A DNA stretch of 36,213 nucleotides. It comes from an uncultured bacterium. Its GTDB lineage: Bacteria > Pseudomonadota > Alphaproteobacteria > Rhodospirillales > Rhodospirillaceae. The notes below the pieces were generated by a model that did not search any database, was not told where the DNA came from, and saw only the letters and a program-made list of their open reading frames with translations. Of the stretch, positions 17,508-24,556 are shown in pieces (the stretch's first letter is position 1; each line of letters opens with the position of its first letter). Where the stretch lies: the NCBI GenBank assembly GCA_903896775.1, contig CAITZE010000080.1, positions 1 to 36,213 on the forward strand, in the 5' to 3' direction. Made by a program: the position numbers and the translations under genes.

Positions 17508-18173
17508 ATGGATAGCGCGGTATTTTGGGGCTACATCCATATCCTGCTCTTTGCGGTCTGGTTGGCGACCGGCGTAGGGGTGCTCGTTGTCATGGCTTGC
17601 GTGAAGAACCCCTCCCGCAGCTTCGATGCGCGCACGCGCCTTGTTCGCACGGCGCATCGGCTTCAAGTTCTGCCGCGCATGTGTTTTGCGCTCATATTTC
17701 CGACCGGGGTGGAACTGACGGGTGCCATTAATATCTACGCGCTGACTCCGGGCTTACGTGTCGCGAGTTGGATCATCGGCGGGGTTTGGCTGCTTGTCAT
17801 TGCTGTCGGGGTTCGGTCGCAGGGCAAGCCGCTTGCCGAGAATCTGCGTATCGTCGAATTGGTATTCCAGGCCTTCGCCGGTTTGGGCCTGGTGGCCTAC
17901 GGCCTCAATTCGTTAGCAACCGGCGCGCCGATTGATGATCCGTGGTTCGCCGCAAAGCTGTTTTTATTCGGCTTGGTGTTCTGGGCTGCCATTGCCGCAA
18001 ATATTGGCTTTAGACCGTTTTACACACCTTTCAGCGAGATCGCCCTTGAGGGATCCACCCCAGAGCGTGAGGAAGCCGTTAGCGCAGCCGTCAATCATGG
18101 CTTGGCGGCTATGGCTGCCCTTTACATCCTTATTGTCGTCATCGCATTTATCGGCAACATCAAGCCGTTTTAA
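17508..18173 (+). CDS. Hypothetical membrane protein (about 6 TM helices)
   Basis: 221 aa, with AAAGG upstream of the ATG and repeated hydrophobic helices. No family recognised. Confidence 0.6.
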   Translation: MDSAVFWGYIHILLFAVWLATGVGVLVVMACVKNPSRSFDARTRLVRTAHRLQVLPRMCFALIFPTGVELTGAINIYALTPGLRVASWIIGGVWLLVIAVGVRSQGKPLAENLRIVELVFQAFAGLGLVAYGLNSLATGAPIDDPWFAAKLFLFGLVFWAAIAANIGFRPFYTPFSEIALEGSTPEREEAVSAAVNHGLAAMAALYILIVVIAFIGNIKPF

Positions 18174-18202
18174 GCGCATTCGCGGTCTTGAAAGAATAAT
18201 AG

Positions 18203-19186
18203 ATGGATGATTCGTCCCACCCGATTGCGCCGCCGTTTGCGGTTGGCGGCACACCGAAGTCCCGCGTGGTCTCGCGCCTCGCGTTAGTTGGGAAGTTGCT
18301 GCTATCGGTGGCATTGCTCGTTTTTCTGAGCCGCAAAGTGGATTGGCCGGCCTTAACCTTGCGGCTATCCACAGCCGCACTTGGGCCGTTGGTGGCGGCG
18401 CTGTGTTTGTTGATGGTTGCGGTGGTTTTGGCGGCCTTACGCTGGCGCATGCTCGTTCAAAAAGGTGGCGCGCGCATGTCGGTTCTCATGGCTGTTCAAC
18501 TGACTTTCGCGGGGATGTTTTTCGGTCAAGTCTTGCCCGCGACCGTCGGGGGCGATGTGGTGCGCGGCGTGCTCGCGTGTCGTGGCGGCCTACCGTGGCG
18601 CGAGGTCGTTTCTGGAATTGTTCTTGATCGTGTCACGGCGTTATTAGCATCCATCTTTTTGATTCTGAGCGGGCTGCCGTGGCTTGCGGCACTGGCGATT
18701 GGCGATGCCGTGCCGTTGTTCTGGACGGCATTGGCGTCCTTGGGCCTCATTGGCGTTTTAGCTGTCGGGCTGTGTGGCGATATGATCCCGTTGCCGCAGG
18801 CGCTGAGGCAACGCAATGTAGTTGCCAGTGTTTTGCGCCTGATCCAACAGGTTCGCACCGGTCTCGCCTCTCAAACCGGCTTTGCCGCCTTGGCGATTTC
18901 GGTTGTCATTCACCTGTCGACAGTGGCGACCGTGCTTCTCATTGCCGCCGCGCTCGGAATCGCATTGAGCCCACTCGCTGGGTTTGTGGTGGTGCCACTC
19001 GCGATTTTTGCCGCCGCCATTCCGATCTCCCTTAATGGGTGGGGGATTCGGGAAGGTGTGATGGTCACCGGCCTTGCGCTGTTTGGGGTTTCCTCAGGCG
19101 ATGCGCTTCTGATATCGATCCTGCTGGGCTTCGGCGTCATCCTTTCGGTGCTGCCGGGCAGCTTGACCTGGCTGGCTTTAAGATGA
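18203..19186 (+). CDS. UPF0104 / lysyl-phosphatidylglycerol-synthase-TM-domain (flippase-like) membrane protein
   Basis: 327 aa and polytopic, with the family-typical N-terminal ...LLLSVALLVFLSRKVDW..L...L and ALRWRML pattern. The stop overlaps the next gene start (ATGA). Confidence 0.72.
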   Translation: MDDSSHPIAPPFAVGGTPKSRVVSRLALVGKLLLSVALLVFLSRKVDWPALTLRLSTAALGPLVAALCLLMVAVVLAALRWRMLVQKGGARMSVLMAVQLTFAGMFFGQVLPATVGGDVVRGVLACRGGLPWREVVSGIVLDRVTALLASIFLILSGLPWLAALAIGDAVPLFWTALASLGLIGVLAVGLCGDMIPLPQALRQRNVVASVLRLIQQVRTGLASQTGFAALAISVVIHLSTVATVLLIAAALGIALSPLAGFVVVPLAIFAAAIPISLNGWGIREGVMVTGLALFGVSSGDALLISILLGFGVILSVLPGSLTWLALR

Positions 19187-20646
19187 ATGTCGCGACCCCG
19201 ATCACCGATTCCACGCTGACGCCGCGCCAGGTCTCTATCCGGGCGTTGTTTGACCGGCTTGCACCCGAACGCGGTCGATGGCTGCGGCGCAACAGCTATT
19301 TCTACGAAGCCGATCACGCGTATATGCGGTTTCTGATTCCAGCCGGCGCACGCGTGCTAGAAATCGGCTGCGGCGATGGTCAACTGCTCGCGGCACTTAA
19401 GCCGTCGCGCGCAGTCGGTATCGATTTCAGTGCGGAGATGATCCGGGTCGCCCGCGAGAAACATCCAGAATTCGAATGGCACACGGGCAATGCCGAAGAC
19501 CCAACGGTATTACAGCGTGTCGTCGGGTCTTTTGACTACATCGTGATCTCCGACACCATCGGCTTGATCGAGGACTGTCAGGCGCTCTTCGAGCTTTTGC
19601 GCCGCCGCACCTCGCCGGATACACGTCTGATCGTTGCCTACTATTCCCACCTCTGGGATCCATTGCTGCATTTGGCCGAGAAGCTCGGTTTAAAAATGCC
19701 GCAAGCGCCGCAAAATAATTTACCCACCACCGATATCGCCAATTTGCTGGAGCTCGCCGACTACGGGCTGGTGCGCCGCGAATGGCGGCAATTGCTGCCG
19801 CGCCGTTTGCTGGGCTTCGGCACTTTTGTAAATCGCTATATTGCTCCGCTGCCGGGTATTCGCCGCCTTTGCTTGCGTAACTACGTCGTCGCCCGTCCGG
19901 TGCAGGAACGCGCAAAGCCTCTCGGGCCGCCGTCAGCCACCGTCGTCGTGCCGTGCCGGAACGAGCGCGGCAATATTGAGAACGCCATTCGCCGCATGCC
20001 GACTTTCGCGTCAGACATTGAGGTCATTTTTGTCGAAGGCCACAGCAAGGACGGCACGTTCGAGGAGTGCGAGCGTGTTCGCGCGGCTTACCCAGATCGC
20101 GATATCAAAGTGCTGCGCCAGGATGGCAAAGGCAAAGGCGACGCCATGCGCAAAGGTTTTGCGGCTGCGCGCGGCGATATCCTGATGATCCTTGATGCGG
20201 ATTTGACCGTTCCACCCGAGGCCTTGCCCAAGTTCTACGACGCGCTGGCGCTGGGGCGCGGCGAGTTCATCAATGGCACGCGCCTGGTTTATCCGATGGA
20301 ATCTGAAGCCATGCGGTTCCTCAACAACATCGCCAACCACGGTTTTGCGATCATCTTTTCGTATTTGCTCAATCAACGCTTCACGGACACTTTGTGCGGT
20401 ACCAAGGTTTTGTGGCGGCGCGACTATGCGCGCATTGTCGCCAACCGCAGTTATTTCGGTGACTTTGATCCGTTCGGCGACTTTGATCTGATTTTTGGTG
20501 CGGTAAAACTAAACCTGAAGATCGTCGAGATCCCCATCCGCTATGCTGGGCGTTCTTACGGAGAAACTCAAATCTCGCGCTTCACGCATGGATGGCTGCT
20601 CATACGTATGGTCATGTTCGCCTGGCGCAAGCTCAAGGCCTTCTAA
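19183..20646 (+). CDS. Bifunctional class I SAM-dependent methyltransferase / family 2 glycosyltransferase (polyprenyl-phosphate sugar synthase-like)
   Basis: The N-terminal half has RVLEIGCGDGQLLAAL...FDYIVISDTIGLIED (methyltransferase motifs). The C-terminal half has VVVPCRNERGNI...IEVIFVEGHSKDGT...ILMILDADLT...GTKVLWR (GT2 DxD and catalytic region, DPM1/GtrB/ArnC-like) with a hydrophobic C-terminal helix. The ATG at 19183 is coupled to the upstream stop. Confidence 0.85.
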   Translation: MNVATPITDSTLTPRQVSIRALFDRLAPERGRWLRRNSYFYEADHAYMRFLIPAGARVLEIGCGDGQLLAALKPSRAVGIDFSAEMIRVAREKHPEFEWHTGNAEDPTVLQRVVGSFDYIVISDTIGLIEDCQALFELLRRRTSPDTRLIVAYYSHLWDPLLHLAEKLGLKMPQAPQNNLPTTDIANLLELADYGLVRREWRQLLPRRLLGFGTFVNRYIAPLPGIRRLCLRNYVVARPVQERAKPLGPPSATVVVPCRNERGNIENAIRRMPTFASDIEVIFVEGHSKDGTFEECERVRAAYPDRDIKVLRQDGKGKGDAMRKGFAAARGDILMILDADLTVPPEALPKFYDALALGRGEFINGTRLVYPMESEAMRFLNNIANHGFAIIFSYLLNQRFTDTLCGTKVLWRRDYARIVANRSYFGDFDPFGDFDLIFGAVKLNLKIVEIPIRYAGRSYGETQISRFTHGWLLIRMVMFAWRKLKAF

Positions 20647-21431
20647 TGAACACCCCGGCGACCGATGAGGCAGCCGACGCCAACATAGATGCCCAAATTG
20701 ATGGGCGCATCGCCGAGCATGGGCGTCAATGGCGCCAGAAGCCAGCACTGCGTGATATCTATCTCGACTTATATCGGCGCATTGCCGCCGAGCTGGCCCC
20801 AGGTAAGACGCTCGAAATCGGCGGGGGTGCTGGGATCTTTAAAGAATACGCACCTGACGTTGTCACCACCGATATCCTGGCTGCGCCGTGGCTGGACCTC
20901 GTCGCCGATGCGCAGTTCTTACCCTTGGACAATGCAACATTCGACAACATCGTGATGTTCGACGTCTTGCATCACATCGAGTTTCCGCGCCGGTTCTTAG
21001 CGGAAGCGTCGCGTGTGTTGCGTCCAGGTGGGCGGATCATCATGATCGAGCCTGCGATCACGCCAGTCAGTTGGCCGTTCTATTATTGGATTCATCCCGA
21101 GCCGGTCGATCTCAGCGCCGATCCGTTGAGCGAAGGGCACCCGGATTCAACGCGAGATGCTTTTGCCGCCAATCAAGCCATTCCGACGCGTCTTGTCGGC
21201 CGCGACCGCGCGCGCTTTATGGCTGCGTTTCCAGAATTCATTGTCAAACGGCGGCGGTGGCTTAGCTTGTTTGCGTATCCACTCTCCGGCGGCTTTCAAC
21301 CCTGGAGCCTAATACCGCAAAGCCTCGTCGCGCCGGTTTTGTGGATCGAGGATTGCCTCGCGCCGTTGCTGGGCAGGGTTTTCGGCTTTCGCCTTTTAAT
21401 CGTTATCGAGAAGCGGGCAACGGTAAAATAA
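20646..21431 (+). CDS. Class I SAM-dependent methyltransferase
   Basis: KTLEIGGGAGIF...FDNIVMFDVLHHIE...RVLRPGGRIIMIEP. The ATG at 20646 overlaps the preceding TAA (TAATG). Confidence 0.8.
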   Translation: MNTPATDEAADANIDAQIDGRIAEHGRQWRQKPALRDIYLDLYRRIAAELAPGKTLEIGGGAGIFKEYAPDVVTTDILAAPWLDLVADAQFLPLDNATFDNIVMFDVLHHIEFPRRFLAEASRVLRPGGRIIMIEPAITPVSWPFYYWIHPEPVDLSADPLSEGHPDSTRDAFAANQAIPTRLVGRDRARFMAAFPEFIVKRRRWLSLFAYPLSGGFQPWSLIPQSLVAPVLWIEDCLAPLLGRVFGFRLLIVIEKRATVK

Positions 21432-23586
21432 TCCGCCGGCCCTCCCAATCGGACTTCCACTCTTTTTGATCGTTGAGAAGAAACGCGGCATCCTGGCCCA
21501 TTGGTTTGTAAACTCCGAAGGCGAGCGCAACTGCATTTCCGGGACGTGCCTCATAAAATAACCGATAATAGCGGATGGGTCTTTCCGGAAATGGCCCGGG
21601 CCCGGAAACCAAATCGGTTTGCGCATTGCTGACGATTTTTCCGTCCGCGTCGATGAGGTGCGCGAATACATACCAATCGTTACCCAATGGCGTGCCGCCG
21701 GCCGCTTCGATCCAGAAGAGGCCCTGGACGCCGCCGTTTTCTACTGTCACGTCTGCGCCACGCACCTGTAAGGCCGGCGCTGAATCGTTTTCAGGGTGAA
21801 GCGCGATTGTTTTTGCGATCGTGGGCGTAGGAGTTCGGGCAGCCAATTCGTCGCTCGACCACCAGCGGCGGGGATTGGCATCGTGATAAGCCTGCGGCAT
21901 GTCGTGATCGGCTTCTAACTGCGCCAGCGCATATTCAAACTTGCTGCGGTCGACAATACGGATCAGCCTCACGCGCGTATCCGAAATCACGCTTATCCCG
22001 TTGGCCTCGCTCAGGCTGGATATCCAGGCATTGAATAACCGCACGAGGGAGACAAAGTCCGGCACCTGCCGTTGCGCGAGAATGGCGTCTCGCGTCGCCG
22101 CGTCGCGGATATATTCCGCGCCGATGTAATTCGAAAATTCCTCCGTCCGTATCGTTGTCGCGCGTTGCCAATCGAGCGGTACGATCACCGAGACTTGCGG
22201 CGCGGGCAAATTGGTCACGCGGCTGTTGTCCCAAACCGACTGCAAATTACGTAGCACAGATGTCGTATCGGTGAGATAGACGGTGGCCTGTTTTACGCCC
22301 TCAGCGCGCAATTGCTCGAGAAACGCGGCAGCTTGGTCATTTTCCGCCTGATAGTCATTCACATGAAGGCTAATGCCTGCGTGCCATTGCCAGCGATACG
22401 GCGGAGGTATTGGGCTCAGGAGAAACGCCGTGATAACCGCAGTGGGTAAGATTATCGCTCCGGCGAACGTATAAACGATCTCCGGTTCTAAGCCTTCAAG
22501 CCACTTCATTAAAGGTGGCAGCAGAAAAATAAACGCCATGACTACGAAAGGCAGGAAGTAGCGGATTTGGTTGACTTCGGTTTCTATGAGCCAAAACCAA
22601 ATGCCAACGAGAAAGCAAAACAAAGCGGTTGCTGCATTGGCATAACCAGCGCGGTTACGCAAAGCAGTAACGAGCCCTGCGGCGAGTAATAGGGGGATCG
22701 CATAACCGAATGACGTCCGTATTAAATCTTCAAAAACGTTCAGTGTAATCGGCGCAGAAAATTCGGAATTTATGATCGCAAGCACGCGATGTCCGAACGC
22801 AATATTTTCCGCCGAGAAATACCCCGAACGGAACGACAAGTCTGTTGCTGCGGCAAAAAGCGTGACGGCGATGATAAGACTGAAGCTCACAAAGCGCAGG
22901 AGACGCCTATCGCGCCAAATCTCGCCAATGCGCCATTGCAGCGACGCGCCTAGCAGGGCAAGCCACGCAAGGCCAGTCAATGCCATGAGGCCCAGGCCGG
23001 AGGGTTTCACCCAAAGGCTAAAGCCACCCGTGAAAGCTGCTACTGCCGACCACGCGATGGATCGCGTGGTGACGCTCCGCACCACGGCCGCGGCAGCTAC
23101 CCCGCAAACGCCCGCCAGGAATCCGTCCACCAATCCCCAGGAAACTGCTGCCGGAAGAAAGTCGTTGCGCTGAAACTGGAAAAATATCGGCATGCCGGCC
23201 AGCGCTACGGCCAGGCTCGCGAGTAACCAATGCCCAGGCCGCGTCAGATAGCGCGACCATCCCGCGATATAGATCGCGATGGCGAGCAACATGATGGGAA
23301 TGAAGCACGAGCGAAAATAGAACCAACGGAAGTTATCCGACCACCCGAAGGGATAGGACATCAGAATGGTGCCCGGTGGGCGATCGGTAAGCGGTAAAAG
23401 GAAAGGATCGAACCATTCACCGATGTCGATGGCTTGCCAGAATGAGTATGCCTTGAGGGTATAAGACAACGCATCCCATACCGGAGGCTCCACAGCGCCG
23501 CGCACCGCCCAGGCTAACCCGATTGCAATAGCGCAGCACCAAAGCCCTACGGCGAAGATAGGTGCAGCTTTCTCGAGGCGCATCAT
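21403..23586 (-). CDS. Polytopic GT-C-fold-like glycosyltransferase (GT39/GT83, ArnT/PMT-like; lipid-carrier-dependent) with a ~330-aa C-terminal soluble domain
   Basis: The first ~400 aa are densely hydrophobic, with a conserved-looking acidic first loop (EPPVWDALSY...DIGEWFDP). The C-terminal third (21403-22404) is hydrophilic. The ATG at 23586 overlaps the epimerase stop (ATGA), and the track start at 23625 is rejected. The family assignment rests on architecture only. Confidence 0.6.
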   Translation of the reverse strand: MMRLEKAAPIFAVGLWCCAIAIGLAWAVRGAVEPPVWDALSYTLKAYSFWQAIDIGEWFDPFLLPLTDRPPGTILMSYPFGWSDNFRWFYFRSCFIPIMLLAIAIYIAGWSRYLTRPGHWLLASLAVALAGMPIFFQFQRNDFLPAAVSWGLVDGFLAGVCGVAAAAVVRSVTTRSIAWSAVAAFTGGFSLWVKPSGLGLMALTGLAWLALLGASLQWRIGEIWRDRRLLRFVSFSLIIAVTLFAAATDLSFRSGYFSAENIAFGHRVLAIINSEFSAPITLNVFEDLIRTSFGYAIPLLLAAGLVTALRNRAGYANAATALFCFLVGIWFWLIETEVNQIRYFLPFVVMAFIFLLPPLMKWLEGLEPEIVYTFAGAIILPTAVITAFLLSPIPPPYRWQWHAGISLHVNDYQAENDQAAAFLEQLRAEGVKQATVYLTDTTSVLRNLQSVWDNSRVTNLPAPQVSVIVPLDWQRATTIRTEEFSNYIGAEYIRDAATRDAILAQRQVPDFVSLVRLFNAWISSLSEANGISVISDTRVRLIRIVDRSKFEYALAQLEADHDMPQAYHDANPRRWWSSDELAARTPTPTIAKTIALHPENDSAPALQVRGADVTVENGGVQGLFWIEAAGGTPLGNDWYVFAHLIDADGKIVSNAQTDLVSGPGPFPERPIRYYRLFYEARPGNAVALAFGVYKPMGQDAAFLLNDQKEWKSDWEGRRIILPLPASR

Positions 23587-24551
23587 GATCCGCTGGAGGC
23601 GTTGCGGGCTTCGGCCTGCATCCAAACCATCAATTTATGCAAGCCATCGGTGAAGGGCATCGTCGGTGTCCAGCCTAGCTCTTTACCGGCTAGCTCAGGC
23701 GACAAGACGCTTACGGGGACGTCGAAAGCACGCGCGGCCATATAGCTGCGCTCGGGTTTACGCCCGATGACATGTTCGATGCCATCTAAGATTTGATTGA
23801 GACTGATGCCGATGCCCGATCCGATATTAAGCACACGCTCCTCGCCGCGATAGGTCGCGGCTTTGACCATGGCATCGACGGCATCGCCGATATAGACGTA
23901 ATCGCGCACAACCGAGCCATCGCCCCAAATCTCTATCTTCTCGTTGCGCAGCGCCTTGCCCATGAAAACCGCGACCGCGCCTTGAGCTGATCGAATGCGC
24001 TGGCGTTCGCCGAAAGGGTTAGACAAACGCAGCACGGTGTAATCGAGTCCATGCAACGTCAGATAGAGATACAAATATTTCTCGATGGCGAGTTTGGTAA
24101 TGCCGTAAGAGCAGATTGGATTGGTTGGATGATCCTCCCGGATTGGCACGCTGCGCGGAACTCCGTAAACTGTTCCGCCCGACGAAATGAATACGATTTT
24201 TTTCACGCCCTGCCGGACGGCATGATTCAAGAGCCGAATAGTTCCGGCGACGTTCGTCTCGACATCGAAGACCGGATCGGCATTTGAAGATTGCGGCAAA
24301 GTCGTTGAGACGAGGTGATAACAAACGTCGCAACCGGCAAGCGCGCGGCCGACGTCGGCGTCGCTGGTAAAATCGCCGTCAATCCATTCGACCCGCGCGG
24401 CTGTCGCTGCGTCGTTAAGCGGTGGGATGTTGGCGCGGTCGAATACCGTAACCCGCATGCCTTTGTGCAAAAGAGCATCGACGAGGTGAGAGCCGATAAA
24501 GCCCTTCCCCCCCAATACCAAACACCGTGGTTGCGTCTGTTGCATATTCAC
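23583..24551 (-). CDS. NAD-dependent nucleotide-sugar epimerase/dehydratase (UDP-glucose 4-epimerase family SDR)
   Basis: LVLGGKGFIGSHL (GxxGxxG) and YGITKLAIEKY (YxxxK catalytic pair), with extended-SDR length. GTG 24551 or ATG 24545. Confidence 0.88.
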   Translation of the reverse strand: MNMQQTQPRCLVLGGKGFIGSHLVDALLHKGMRVTVFDRANIPPLNDAATAARVEWIDGDFTSDADVGRALAGCDVCYHLVSTTLPQSSNADPVFDVETNVAGTIRLLNHAVRQGVKKIVFISSGGTVYGVPRSVPIREDHPTNPICSYGITKLAIEKYLYLYLTLHGLDYTVLRLSNPFGERQRIRSAQGAVAVFMGKALRNEKIEIWGDGSVVRDYVYIGDAVDAMVKAATYRGEERVLNIGSGIGISLNQILDGIEHVIGRKPERSYMAARAFDVPVSVLSPELAGKELGWTPTMPFTDGLHKLMVWMQAEARNASSGS

Positions 24552-24556
24552 CGATA

